From positions 4,832,001-4,896,000 of the forward strand of contig OZ244937.1 of the NCBI GenBank assembly GCA_965222075.1: a DNA stretch of 64,000 nt, in the 5' to 3' direction. The position numbers were made by a program, and so were the translations under genes. The notes beneath the pieces were generated by a model. That model saw only the letters and a program-made list of their open reading frames with translations. It made no database searches and had not been told where the DNA came from. How positions within the stretch are numbered: the stretch's first letter is position 1; the number at the start of each line of letters is the position of its first letter. Positions 9,605 to 19,011 of the stretch are shown here, in pieces. Source of the DNA: Candidatus Latescibacterota bacterium (GTDB taxonomy: Bacteria > Latescibacterota > UBA2968 > GCA-2709665).

Positions 9605-12292
9605 TCATTCTCCCAATCGCCGTACAATTCCGGCCTTTAACGCGGCGTTGATGCGGGCTGCGGTCTCGTCTAAGTGCGCCCGTGTGTGGGTGTCGGGACC
9701 GGGGGTTGAAAGCGTTTTGTCGATGGCGGCCTTAAGGGCGACCAGGTCGGCGCGGGCCAGGGTGGACGCGTCTTCGGGGGCGCCCCTGACGGGGTTGACC
9801 ACAAGCCGGATGAGCCGGTTCAGATGCGCCCGCTGAAGATTCCTGCGGAAGCTGTTGATGTTTTTTGCGTTCTCCAGTTCGACCCAGATGGCGTTGCGGA
9901 CGTCTTCGAACAGTTCCGGCATGGTGAAGGGGGTTTCGTTTTTGCCGTATCGGAGCTCGAGGTCGAGCAGGCGGCTGAGGCGGATGGCATCATAGAGGCT
10001 GTACAGAGATCCCCGCTGGATGGAGAGGACGACGTCGTGGATGGGGTAGTCGATGCGGCGCATTCTCCAGACGGCGCCGGTGAAGTCCCAGAACCGCTCC
10101 GGGGCGAGCTTGTTGAGAAGGGAGCGCGGGAAGTTGAAGGCGTCCGGGTCGAAGATGTTCGACGTAAGGAACTTGAGCGCTTCCCGCTGTTTTTCCGCCG
10201 GAACCGGTACGAAGGGGAGGCGGCCGCCGGGGTCTCCCACGTGGTCCCGGTGGTGGTAGATGCCCCCGATGTATTTGGTCACATTGGACGCGGCAATCCA
10301 GTACTCCCGGAAACCGCGGGCGAATACCTGCCGCAGCTTCTGGTACCGGTTGCCACTTTTCTCGAATTCCGCTTCTGTTTTGCTCCAGAGTTCCCGGGAA
10401 AGGTCCAGACGGTTTCGGTGGTAGAGAATCGGATCGGATCCCAGGTCCCAGGCGCTGGCGGCCGGGTCGATGCCGCGTGCGTCCCGGAAGGCGTCTTCGT
10501 CCGTGCCGTAGGGTATTTTCGGGTCGGCACCCCGGGCGGCGATTTTTGCCAGCGCTTCCGCTTCTTTTTCCGGGCTGTCGGCGTTGACGGGTGTGTACGC
10601 GTATTCAATCGCCCAGTAGTCGTAGGGGCCCAGGCTTGTCTGGAAATAGTGGCCCTGTTTCTGGCCTTCGGGCGCGATGTTGACCGGGTTGTAATCCATG
10701 ACCGAACTGGTTATCCCCTGTTTTGCGGTCAGTTTTTTGTCCTGAAGCCGGTCGACCGGATGGAGGGTGCTGGCTTTGAAGTTGTGACGCAGGCCCAGGG
10801 TGTGGCCGACTTCGTGGGCAAGCAGCTCGATGAGAAGTTCGTCGACGTATTTTTTGACATCGGCTTTTGTGCGGCTTACCAGGCCCCGAGCGGAAAGGAG
10901 ACTCCAGCCGAAAGCGGCCTGCCGCGAGGCGCCGGTCGCGTGATCGCAGAAGCCCCGGCGAACGTTATTGATAAGCCCCAGAGATGCGGCAATAGAATCG
11001 CCGATGGCCACCGGTCTGACAAATTCTTCGTGTTGCCGAAAGATGTAGCGGAGGTAGTCGGCGCTGATGCGGATGTCCGCATCGTAGATCTCTCCGGTAA
11101 AGGGATTGGCGCGTGAGGGACCCACGGCGTAGCCCCCGCCGGGTGTGACGATCCAGCGCACCGTGTTGTAGCGTACGTCGGCGGGGTTCCAGTCCGCGTC
11201 GTCGGGCTGCTGTTTGACGAGGATGGCGTCTTTGAAGCCGATACGCGCGAAGGCTTTGTTCCAGAGAAGAATGCCCTTCTTCACAGCGTCCCGGTATTCC
11301 ACCGGGATGGTGTTTTCCAGCCAGAAGACAATCTGTTTTCTGGGCAGGGAGCGCCCGGCTTTGGGATCGGCCTTTTCCAGGTGCCAGCGGTTGACGTAGC
11401 GGTTGTAGGGCGAGTCCCGCAGCACCGTGGTGTAGTCCTGGTACATGGTGAGGAAGTGGCCCACGCGGTCGTCCGCAAGCCTGGGCCGGTAGGTGGTTTT
11501 GGGCAGGGTGGAGAGGCTGTAGTGGTAGACATGCTGGAAGGACCGCGCGTCGGGAACCGTGGGGAACAGTTTCGGGTTGTCGCTTTTGAAGTGGAGGACG
11601 ACTTCGATTTCCGTGTTGCGGAGGAACGACTTCAACAGCCCGAAGTAGCTGTTGTCCTTGTCGAAGCTGTACCTGGTCTTTTTGATGTATTCGCTGAAGA
11701 TATAGCCGACCATCCCGATGTCCTGGATGAAGAACTCGCCGGGATCGACCAGGATGCTGCCCCGTTCCGGATGGGTCTGGCTTTCAACGATTTTGGCCGT
11801 TCCCACGATGGAGTTGGACACGCCCCGGCCAATGGCCCGGTGGATGGCCGATTCCCTGTCGGCGCGATAGTAGACATTTTTGTGGATGAACTGGACCTTT
11901 TTTCCAATGCGTTTGAGGATGAAGGGGAAGTAATACATCATGGCGGAGGAGTCGAAGTAGTAGCCATCGGCCGCCTCGCGGGTGATGGAGCAGAGGTAAA
12001 TTTTGTCAAACTGGTCCGGCTTGATCTCCATGTAGACCTTTGCCTCGTCGTCCTTCCGGTAGAGCGTGAACAGCCCTTCGATGATTTCGAAGTCTTCGAC
12101 GACTTCCTCAAAGGTCTTCTTTTTTTTCTTTTTGTCCTCGGCCTTGCTGGTGTCCTGTGCGGCCCCTTTGGCTGCGACTTGAGATGTGTCCTGAGCAGTG
12201 GTGTCGGGGTTGGCCTCTTCCGCGCTGGCAGGTGTGACAGGCGTTCCAACGGGTAACAGCAGGAAGAGAAAGACAAGAATGAACCAGCGCAT
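9605..12292 (-). CDS. Secreted zinc-dependent metalloprotease (DUF5117/DUF4953, EcxA-like)
   Basis: Signal peptide; PRLADDRVGHF, HEVGHTLGLRHNF zincin motif, SSVMDY Met-turn, LGPYDYWAIEYAY. Confidence 0.9.
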   Translation of the reverse strand: MRWFILVFLFLLLPVGTPVTPASAEEANPDTTAQDTSQVAAKGAAQDTSKAEDKKKKKKTFEEVVEDFEIIEGLFTLYRKDDEAKVYMEIKPDQFDKIYLCSITREAADGYYFDSSAMMYYFPFILKRIGKKVQFIHKNVYYRADRESAIHRAIGRGVSNSIVGTAKIVESQTHPERGSILVDPGEFFIQDIGMVGYIFSEYIKKTRYSFDKDNSYFGLLKSFLRNTEIEVVLHFKSDNPKLFPTVPDARSFQHVYHYSLSTLPKTTYRPRLADDRVGHFLTMYQDYTTVLRDSPYNRYVNRWHLEKADPKAGRSLPRKQIVFWLENTIPVEYRDAVKKGILLWNKAFARIGFKDAILVKQQPDDADWNPADVRYNTVRWIVTPGGGYAVGPSRANPFTGEIYDADIRISADYLRYIFRQHEEFVRPVAIGDSIAASLGLINNVRRGFCDHATGASRQAAFGWSLLSARGLVSRTKADVKKYVDELLIELLAHEVGHTLGLRHNFKASTLHPVDRLQDKKLTAKQGITSSVMDYNPVNIAPEGQKQGHYFQTSLGPYDYWAIEYAYTPVNADSPEKEAEALAKIAARGADPKIPYGTDEDAFRDARGIDPAASAWDLGSDPILYHRNRLDLSRELWSKTEAEFEKSGNRYQKLRQVFARGFREYWIAASNVTKYIGGIYHHRDHVGDPGGRLPFVPVPAEKQREALKFLTSNIFDPDAFNFPRSLLNKLAPERFWDFTGAVWRMRRIDYPIHDVVLSIQRGSLYSLYDAIRLSRLLDLELRYGKNETPFTMPELFEDVRNAIWVELENAKNINSFRRNLQRAHLNRLIRLVVNPVRGAPEDASTLARADLVALKAAIDKTLSTPGPDTHTRAHLDETAARINAALKAGIVRRLGE

Positions 12293-12408
12293 AGCGTCCT
12301 CCTTATTTCTTCATACAGGTTCCAAATTTGAGATTATCGACCGGGTAACAGTATAAGCAACCAAGGGTGTGCACGCAATTCCCACATTGAAGACGCGTAG
12401 AGATATTC

Positions 12409-12441
12409 AAAAGCCCCGTTCCAGACGAAGGAGACGGGGCT
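12409..12441 (-). terminator. Intrinsic terminator-like hairpin
   Basis: Minus strand AGCCCCGTCTCC-loop-GGAACGGGGCT followed by TTT. Confidence 0.5.
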
Positions 12442-12559
12442 GGTGATTTTGCGTGATGTTCAGGGCACCTTGTCCACCAATAACACCGGCAGGACCTGCT
12501 CTCGCTCGGCGGCTGCCCTCCGGCTTCCTTCCGCACAACATGGTCTTTTTGTACTCCAA

Positions 12560-12886
12560 CTATATCGCGATGACCTTTTTGGCACCTTCACTCTCCGGCC
12601 AATCAATATGAATGCTCACCTCGCAATCGAGGCGTTCAAGGAACCGCATCAGCCGTTCGACGCTGTAATAGGAGAACTTACCGCTTTTAAGCCGGGAGAT
12701 TTCCGGTTGCTTAACTTCCAGAATCCTCGCGGCCTTTGTCTGAGTCAGCTTGCGGTGTTCGAGAATCCGAAAAATCTCCGCACCAAGTTGGGCTTTGAGC
12801 AACTCTTCTTTGGCTTCCTCGTCACTGAATCCCAGATCAGAGAAGATGTTGCCGCTGCTCTGTTCGATTTTAATATCCTCGCCCAT
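12560..12886 (-). CDS. XRE/HigA-like HTH antitoxin
   Basis: SSGNIFSDLGF..AKEELLKAQL..LTQTKAARILEVKQPEISRL..YSVERLMRFL. Confidence 0.85.
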   Translation of the reverse strand: MGEDIKIEQSSGNIFSDLGFSDEEAKEELLKAQLGAEIFRILEHRKLTQTKAARILEVKQPEISRLKSGKFSYYSVERLMRFLERLDCEVSIHIDWPESEGAKKVIAI

Positions 12887-12931
12887 GGTCTTCCTCCTCC
12901 TGTCTGGCCAACTCTCCGGTCGCGTGTGACG

Positions 12932-13369
12932 TCATCGAAAACAACCGTTGACGCCCATTGCAACTGGCTCATACTCTATCTCCTCGCAACTCTGTCGGGT
13001 ATCGCATGACTTCAACAAAATCGCCGGCAACCGTTTCAATTCCTGGTTGCGTGGGTCCACCTCGAAGCCGCCGGACTCCAGTGCCGTTACGCCAAGCAGC
13101 GGTTCGGCACCTTCCTCGCCATATACGATTGTGCCGCCCACGACCTCTCCCTCGAATTCCAGGTCGGCCGTCGTGATCTCCAGGCTGATTTTGTTCCCAT
13201 CCGCAAGGGTGTACTCCCGGCGGCCTTTCGGTTTGAGTCCGATGGCTTCCAGGTGCGCCCTGGGTACGAGCGAGTCGAACGCGCCGGTGTCCACCAGGAA
13301 TGTGCCGGTCCAGCTTCGCTGCAGATCGGCGGGATTGCGGATTGTTACATCAACGTAGGTCGCGCCCAT
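12932..13369 (-). CDS. Clan AA (retropepsin-like) aspartic protease
   Basis: FLVDTGA, YTLADG, EPLLGVTALE..EVDP; start MGATY at 13369. Confidence 0.85.
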   Translation of the reverse strand: MGATYVDVTIRNPADLQRSWTGTFLVDTGAFDSLVPRAHLEAIGLKPKGRREYTLADGNKISLEITTADLEFEGEVVGGTIVYGEEGAEPLLGVTALESGGFEVDPRNQELKRLPAILLKSCDTRQSCEEIEYEPVAMGVNGCFR

Positions 13370-13449
13370 TATGGTTCTCATTTCGACTGGCTTTTCGCCA
13401 GCACCATTGTGATTTCGGCGGAAAGGGTTTAGTGAGCAACCCTGCCCGC

Positions 13450-13725
13450 TCACCGCGCCAGCCAGGCGCTGAAGCGTTCGTTCATTTCGTCTGCGTAGTC
13501 GCTCCACCATTCCCAGTTGTTGTGCAGGGCACGCTTCGCATTCTGCGGGCTGGTGGGCATGTGCGGATTCATCTCGACACCCTTCTCGGCGTGCGTCGAG
13601 ATCAGCGGCATCGCGGAGCGGCGTGTGGGGCTGTAGGAAATGTAGCGACCGACGCCGGCCATGGACTGCGCGGTCGTGGCAAATTCGACAAACTTGCGAG
13701 CGGCCCCGAGGTTGCGCGTGCCTGG
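13450..13725 (-). pseudogene. C-terminal fragment of polyamine-type ABC substrate-binding protein
   Basis: PGTRNLGAARKFVEFA...HMPTSPQN...WEWWSDYADEMNERFSAWLAR*; no start, signal peptide or ABC partners. Confidence 0.65.
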
Positions 13726-13744
13726 CGTAGCGCTTCGATGGTCA

Positions 13745-13943
13745 AAGTTGCCTGGGGCAGAGGCTTCCCGTCCTTCCGATAAAGCACAATCGCCTCCTCG
13801 ACAATCTGGCATAGATCATCAAAGACGACCCTTTCATCTTCTCCGTGACAGCCTGCGTAAATCAGGCCGGGCGCACTGCCCACGTAGCACTGATCCTCTT
13901 CGGACCATTCAACGATCTTCGCGTACTTGGCACTGTCTCTCAT
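13745..13943 (-). CDS. HicB-like antitoxin domain, 3' end fused to foreign sequence
   Basis: YAKIVEWSEEDQCYVGSAPGL..GCHGEDE..VEEAIVLYRKDGKPLP; frame runs on to 13602 across the SBP fragment. Confidence 0.7.
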
Positions 13944-14236
13944 TTGGTTCGACTGCCTGGCGACGAATCCGGATTCATCCATGCCGGAAGAGCGGTCCCT
14001 GTAGCTTCCGCATACAAGGTCTCCGGTGCTATGTCGATCTCGTTGCCCCACGTCAGAACCCCAAGCTCCTCGTTGATAGCAAAGCTCCGGAAGAACTCGA
14101 GATCTCTAAATCGCTCAAATACACCTCGCCTCTCCAAATACTTTGCGAAATCAACGGTTCCGCATCGACCGTCATCGAATTCTATCTCGATGAGGTAGGC
14201 ACCTCGATAGATAGCTGAAACAACATCGTGTAGCAT
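13940..14236 (-). CDS. DUF2442 domain protein
   Basis: IEIEFDDG..VDF..GVFERFRD..F..GVLTWGNEIDIAPETLY. Confidence 0.85.
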   Translation of the reverse strand: MLHDVVSAIYRGAYLIEIEFDDGRCGTVDFAKYLERRGVFERFRDLEFFRSFAINEELGVLTWGNEIDIAPETLYAEATGTALPAWMNPDSSPGSRTK

Positions 14237-14251
14237 ACATCTCTCTCCTTG

Positions 14252-14380
14252 CTATTGAAGAGGTGGTATCTTTCTGGGAGGCCTGTCGCTTCGCGCTTTA
14301 TCCCAGTTGTCCATCAACTCCGGCTGATGTTGAGACGCCCACTCCACGACCAAACCCAGCACCCGGGGAGGCAGTTTTCC
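14252..14380 (-). pseudogene. 5'-truncated DUF4160 protein
   Basis: Manual translation GKLPPRVLGLVVEWASQHQPELMDNWDKARSDRPPRKIPPLQ*, directly upstream of DUF2442; the N-terminal H..PH half is absent. Confidence 0.75.
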
Positions 14381-14407
14381 GTATGGTCCTGACCTCTGGC
14401 GGTGCCC

Positions 14408-15154
14408 CTACCCGGCGGTGATTTCCAGACGGACGACGCCTTTGACGTTGGCGCACCGGTCGTCGAGGCCGGGGATGAGGAGGCGCAGGGGGCCGCCCAG
14501 GCTTGCGGGGAGGGGCTGCCCGTTGATCTGGTAGATGAGGAATCCTTTTTCCGAGACGTCGGCAAGGGAGACGCGGGCAGAGAAACCATCCTCTGTCGCG
14601 TGGAAGACGGCGTGTGTGGCGCCGGGTTTGACCGCTGTCAGAAGGGTTCGCACCCAGACGCCGGCGCCCTGCCGTTTTGGAGCGATCCGGCCGATGTCGG
14701 GGATCTGGTCCTGAAGCTCCTGAAAGTCCCGGTAGCTGAGGTCTGTTTGGGCCGCAACCTGGCCTTCTATTTTCAATATCGGCACGTCGGCGCTTCCGTC
14801 CGGTTCCACCTGTTCCATGCGGTCTTGGACGATGTCCACCAGGCGCCGGTCGAATCCGATGGGGGGGGCGATGAGGCATTGTACGTTGGGATAGGCCTTC
14901 CGAACGGCCTCCGCCCTTTCAGAAAGTTCGCGGCGGACCCGGTCCTCCAGGTGGAGGAGGTAGGGAACGACCACGATTTGTGCTGCGCCTTTTTCAACAC
15001 AGGATCGGAGGGCGTCCTCAAAGGAGGGATGCCCGCGCAGGGAGGCTGCTTCCACGACTTCGCCGGTTCCCTCCCTGCAGAGGATGTCGGCAGTCCGCCT
15101 GAGGCCGTCTCCGGCCCCACCCATGTGTCCTATCAGGATGGTTGCCCGCACCAT
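14408..15154 (-). CDS. CbiX/SirB-like domain fused to molybdopterin-oxidoreductase-like domain
   Basis: N: ILIGH..PSFEDAL..GAAQIVVVPYLL..PPIGFD..LVDIVQDR. C: LKIEGQV..GV..LL..DGFS..YQINGQPLPASLGGPLRLLIPG..NVKGVVRLEI. Confidence 0.75.
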   Translation of the reverse strand: MVRATILIGHMGGAGDGLRRTADILCREGTGEVVEAASLRGHPSFEDALRSCVEKGAAQIVVVPYLLHLEDRVRRELSERAEAVRKAYPNVQCLIAPPIGFDRRLVDIVQDRMEQVEPDGSADVPILKIEGQVAAQTDLSYRDFQELQDQIPDIGRIAPKRQGAGVWVRTLLTAVKPGATHAVFHATEDGFSARVSLADVSEKGFLIYQINGQPLPASLGGPLRLLIPGLDDRCANVKGVVRLEITAG

Positions 15155-15248
15155 TGAGCGATCTTCTCCCCTGTGATAAGGATATTGTATTTTTCCATAA
15201 CTGCCTTATATTTGTAGACCGTGTCCCCCCATTGCTGAGGATGATTTT

Positions 15249-15383
15249 ATGCCCCCTTTTGAAGAACTTCCGGTCTTTATTCAGGTGGTGCTTACGCTTT
15301 CGTCGGCGTTGATTCTGCTGATTGGCGGACACCTGATCTGGCGGATAGTCCGGGCGGTTCTCAGGCGTGACAACTCCAGGTAG
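15249..15383 (+). CDS. 44-aa single-pass membrane protein
   Basis: GAGGA RBS; MPPFEELPVFIQVVLTLSSALILLIGGHLIWRIVRAVLRRDNSR*; TTGTAT-16-TATATT at 15185-15212. Below the ORF-track cutoff. Confidence 0.6.
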   Translation: MPPFEELPVFIQVVLTLSSALILLIGGHLIWRIVRAVLRRDNSR

Positions 15384-15390
15384 TGCGCCC

Positions 15391-15657
15391 CTACCTTTTG
15401 CGTTTCATCTCCTGTTTGGCGTAGGTGATCGCCATAACTTCCAGGGCGTTTATGAGGTAGACGTCGCGGATGTCGCGTTCGAGGGCCTCTACCATCTGGC
15501 GGGCGAGTTTGGGGATCTCCTCTTCCAGGGGTCCTTTCATCCGGTTCCAGTTGTCCTGGCGCCCATGCTTTTTATCACAGGTTTCCCGGGCGGCGCGGAA
15601 AATGGCCATGGCCATTTTCCGCGGATCGCCGTCGAGCTGGATTTCATCTTTCGCCAT
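15391..15657 (-). CDS. Hypothetical helical protein (88 aa)
   Basis: AGGAG RBS, 8 bp after the upstream gene's stop. Confidence 0.65.
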   Translation of the reverse strand: MAKDEIQLDGDPRKMAMAIFRAARETCDKKHGRQDNWNRMKGPLEEEIPKLARQMVEALERDIRDVYLINALEVMAITYAKQEMKRKR

Positions 15658-15665
15658 GGGGTTGA

Positions 15666-18600
15666 TTAACTCCTGTATATCGGCTCAAAGAGGACCGTAT
15701 CTCCCACCACATAGTCCACAATTCGGACCCAGGCTCCCTCCTGAAGTTTCAGAATTCTCTCCACATTTCCTCTGCTTTCGTCCACACGAAGGGACGTGCG
15801 GCCCTCTCCCGGTGGTTGGGGCCACAACCTCGGGTTTGCGGCTTCGGCAATTTCCGCCCAGGCGCCGTCGGCTTCAGACTGCAGGCGGGTTTTGTGCAGG
15901 TTGCCGGTTCTGGCCAGGATGGGAAAGCCAAGGTCGATCCGATCGCGGTCTACTGAGACAACTTTTGCCCGACCCAGCACAGAGCTGACATCGAGTTTGA
16001 GATGAACCATGTTCGGACCGGAGGGTTCGACGGCCTCCACTTTGTAGGTGTGGCCGCGGCCCTCCGGGTTGATCCGGATCCGATCCCCCGGCTCGATCTT
16101 CACAAGCCCCTCCACGTCGATGGCGCAGGTCTGACGGTCGATGGCGACGATGCAGCCGGTCTGATGGGCGTTCTCAAAGTGGAAGGTTTTGCCTTGATGG
16201 TGGAGGCCGGATGCGCCTGCGGCGACAACGGTTCCGTCGATGACGGCGGCGAGGGCACCTTCAAGACGGGTGCCGTCATCGAATTGGGTGGGAACATCCG
16301 GGTTGGCCTCGGGAGCCCAGTAAAGGGCGATGCGTCTGCCCCGGCGGGTGGTGAGGCCGATGCCGCTTGCGGTTGTAGCGCCTGTGTGGACGGCGATCGG
16401 TTTTGCCTCTGCGAGGGTGGGGTCTCCCACGCGGGGTTCGAAGACGAGGTCGATGCAGGTCGGCTCCTGCTCGTGGAGGGGGGAGCGCCTCCAGAGGAGG
16501 GTGCGGTACCGGTATTTGGACAGATCGGGTTCACCCATCACGGCCGTGGCGCGGGCGGTGAGGAGTTCGGTGTTGGGACCGGTCCTGAGCTGGTGGAGGT
16601 CGAGGCATACGGCAGGCTCGGCTTCGGACTGCCAGGACCCCTTCCAGACCGGCAGGGCCTCTGCTGCGGCCACGTCGTCCATGTAGGCGAGGGCTGTGTG
16701 GTCGGGGTGAGACAGGGTTTCCATATTTCCCCTGTTTCCCCTGGGGTCTGCCACGGTTCCCGGCCGGGGCGTGAATCCGGCGCCGGGAGATTGACAGGCG
16801 CCTTCCATGCCTTTGCAGGCGCGCCAGTGTTCGGTTCCTCCACGGATTCTGGACAGGTCGATGAGGGCGACGCCATCCCCATCTGTTTCAACAAGCGCAA
16901 TGAGGCGGCGGAAGGTGACGCCGGATTTGTACCACCGGTTCCGGGCGCTGTCCCATGCCCAGCGGTCGGCTTCGACATCGAGGACCTGGAGGCCGTCTGC
17001 AAACAGGGTGCGGATGAGGCTGCCCCGGCCGGCGACCCCGGGATCGGCCGGGCCGGGCAGGGTTGCCCAGACCGTGTTGTGGGTTGCCCAGTGGCCTTCC
17101 CATACCGGGCGGCTGGCCCAGGACTGGGGGTAGCCCAGGTCGGTGAGGAAGGGCCTGCCAAAGGCGAAGAGCTGGACATCTAAGAGGTCCCGGTGCCGGT
17201 GCCCGGGGGTGTCGCCGTAGACGATGCCAACGGCCGCCCGTTCGGGGGCTTCGGGAGTCCGGAGGATGGCGATTCCGACGCCGTCGTGGACGGTGGGGCC
17301 GATGGCCCTGTGCCGGCCGGTCTGCACGGCGGTCCGGATTTCGCAAACGGTTGGATCTTCGGTAAATTCAACGGCCCATTCGAGGATGTCGGCGGAGTTG
17401 TAGACGTAGATACAGTCGGCCTCAAGGGGGGCCGCGCCCTTTCCGTGGACGCCGGACCCTGGCGAAGCGCCGTCGCCGAACTGGAACCAGGATTTGCCGA
17501 TCATGGTGATTTCATGCGGCTGCCGGGCAATGCGGGAGGCCCTGGGGTCGCTGAGCAGGGGGGGATAACGGGACTCGGGATAGGCTTCGGGGTGCTGTTT
17601 GCGAAGCTGCCGGAGCTGGTGTTCGAGGATGAAAAGCCCGTTGGTGTGGATGCTGTTGTAATTGCCTGTGGCCTCCGGGGGGGTGCCGTCGGGGAAAAAG
17701 TCATTGGTGGTGAAAACGCGGAGGGTGTCGGGGCCCTCGTCGTAGAGCCAGTCCAGGGCGTTCCGGGCGTCTGGACGGTCCAGGCCCCGGAGGAGGGTCA
17801 GCGCGCCCAGGCTCTCCCGGGGCTGGTTGCTGCGAGCGCCCCAGTCCAGGATGCACTGGAGGTGGACGGCCAGCATTTCTTCGATGAAGGCAGCGACATC
17901 ACCGGGCGTCCGGACGTTGAGGCCAAGCGCCTGCGCCCGCCTGACCAGTTCCGGATCTTCGCGGACGAGGGGCCAGATGGTGTCGTAGGCTAAAGCGAGG
18001 ATTTCACCGATGTAGGGAATGTCGATGGCATAGCGGAGCAGGCCCTTGGCGGACAGCGCGGCCACCGTGTCGGGCTCGCCGGCCCAGTCGGGCTGCCCCC
18101 ATTCCCAGGGTTGCTCCACTTCTTTGGACGGTCCGTGGCGGTACTGGGGAGCCGATGCGGCATAACATTCTTCTGCTGCATAACGCAGGAGCATGAGGCC
18201 AAGCTGACGGGCGGTGTCCTCATCAAAGCCGTTTGTGCGCAAATGGGCGGTGAGCGCCCCGATGGCGCCGCCGTAGTTCTGGATCAGGTCCCTGGTATAG
18301 CTGGCGGCAAAGAGGAAGATGTGGCCTTCGGAATCGAAATAACCAAAGCCGTCGTCTACATACGCTCCGGAGGTGAAGTCTTCTGCGATCAGGTCGTTGC
18401 TGGGAAAGGTGGTCCCGCAGGAGGGACACTCGGAGCGAAAATCGGCCGGGAGGTGATTGCGCACCCAGGGGTAGAATCCGCCGAATTTGAAGATGGCGGT
18501 GCCGCACTGGGGACAGCCCTGGTGGACGTTGGTATAATGGGCTTTGGGGAGTTCCGCCGGGGGAAACTGGCGCCAGAGCACACCGTCTGGCTGCGCGGTC

Positions 18601-19001
18601 CACCAGGAGACCAGGTCATCGTTGATCCTGGAGGGTTCACGCGTGTCCTGGAGCGTCTGACGGGTTTTGGTGGACCGATAGGGCCGACTTAAAGGCCACC
18701 TGCGGGGCCACCAGGCGCCGTTGTAGGTGTGGGGACGGCGCAGCTCGTCTAAGGTGCGTACCTGGAGCGCGATTTGCGCGGTGCGCCCGTTCCTGTGGGC
18801 GGTGATGGTGTAGTCCCCGGACTGCTGCGGGGTACGGAGGTAGTGGTAGAGGGCAGAATCGGCCTGTACCCACCGGGCGGCGATTGGCTGGAAGCCGTCG
18901 GCTTCCAGGGCGATATTACCGTCGGGCGCCTGGACCGGCAGGCGGAAGGCGCGTCCGGTTAAGATGACGCGGGGCGCCCAGGGGATGCGGAGGTTCGGCA
19001 T
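15666..19001 (-). CDS. Large heparinase II/III-like protein
   Basis: GHRHRDLLDVQLFAFGRPFLTDLGYP and ATHNTV motifs; N-terminal CPQCG...CPSCG and VDDGFGY. Confidence 0.75.
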   Translation of the reverse strand: MPNLRIPWAPRVILTGRAFRLPVQAPDGNIALEADGFQPIAARWVQADSALYHYLRTPQQSGDYTITAHRNGRTAQIALQVRTLDELRRPHTYNGAWWPRRWPLSRPYRSTKTRQTLQDTREPSRINDDLVSWWTAQPDGVLWRQFPPAELPKAHYTNVHQGCPQCGTAIFKFGGFYPWVRNHLPADFRSECPSCGTTFPSNDLIAEDFTSGAYVDDGFGYFDSEGHIFLFAASYTRDLIQNYGGAIGALTAHLRTNGFDEDTARQLGLMLLRYAAEECYAASAPQYRHGPSKEVEQPWEWGQPDWAGEPDTVAALSAKGLLRYAIDIPYIGEILALAYDTIWPLVREDPELVRRAQALGLNVRTPGDVAAFIEEMLAVHLQCILDWGARSNQPRESLGALTLLRGLDRPDARNALDWLYDEGPDTLRVFTTNDFFPDGTPPEATGNYNSIHTNGLFILEHQLRQLRKQHPEAYPESRYPPLLSDPRASRIARQPHEITMIGKSWFQFGDGASPGSGVHGKGAAPLEADCIYVYNSADILEWAVEFTEDPTVCEIRTAVQTGRHRAIGPTVHDGVGIAILRTPEAPERAAVGIVYGDTPGHRHRDLLDVQLFAFGRPFLTDLGYPQSWASRPVWEGHWATHNTVWATLPGPADPGVAGRGSLIRTLFADGLQVLDVEADRWAWDSARNRWYKSGVTFRRLIALVETDGDGVALIDLSRIRGGTEHWRACKGMEGACQSPGAGFTPRPGTVADPRGNRGNMETLSHPDHTALAYMDDVAAAEALPVWKGSWQSEAEPAVCLDLHQLRTGPNTELLTARATAVMGEPDLSKYRYRTLLWRRSPLHEQEPTCIDLVFEPRVGDPTLAEAKPIAVHTGATTASGIGLTTRRGRRIALYWAPEANPDVPTQFDDGTRLEGALAAVIDGTVVAAGASGLHHQGKTFHFENAHQTGCIVAIDRQTCAIDVEGLVKIEPGDRIRINPEGRGHTYKVEAVEPSGPNMVHLKLDVSSVLGRAKVVSVDRDRIDLGFPILARTGNLHKTRLQSEADGAWAEIAEAANPRLWPQPPGEGRTSLRVDESRGNVERILKLQEGAWVRIVDYVVGDTVLFEPIYRS

Positions 19002-19011
19002 GGGGTGTCCT

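Noticed and set aside
12300-14400. Integron cassette array or prophage
   Set aside because: No integrase, no recognisable attC inverted cores and no phage structural genes.
15018-15332. Basic 104-aa minus-strand ORF
   Set aside because: It overlaps the CbiX fusion and the better-supported plus-strand microprotein.
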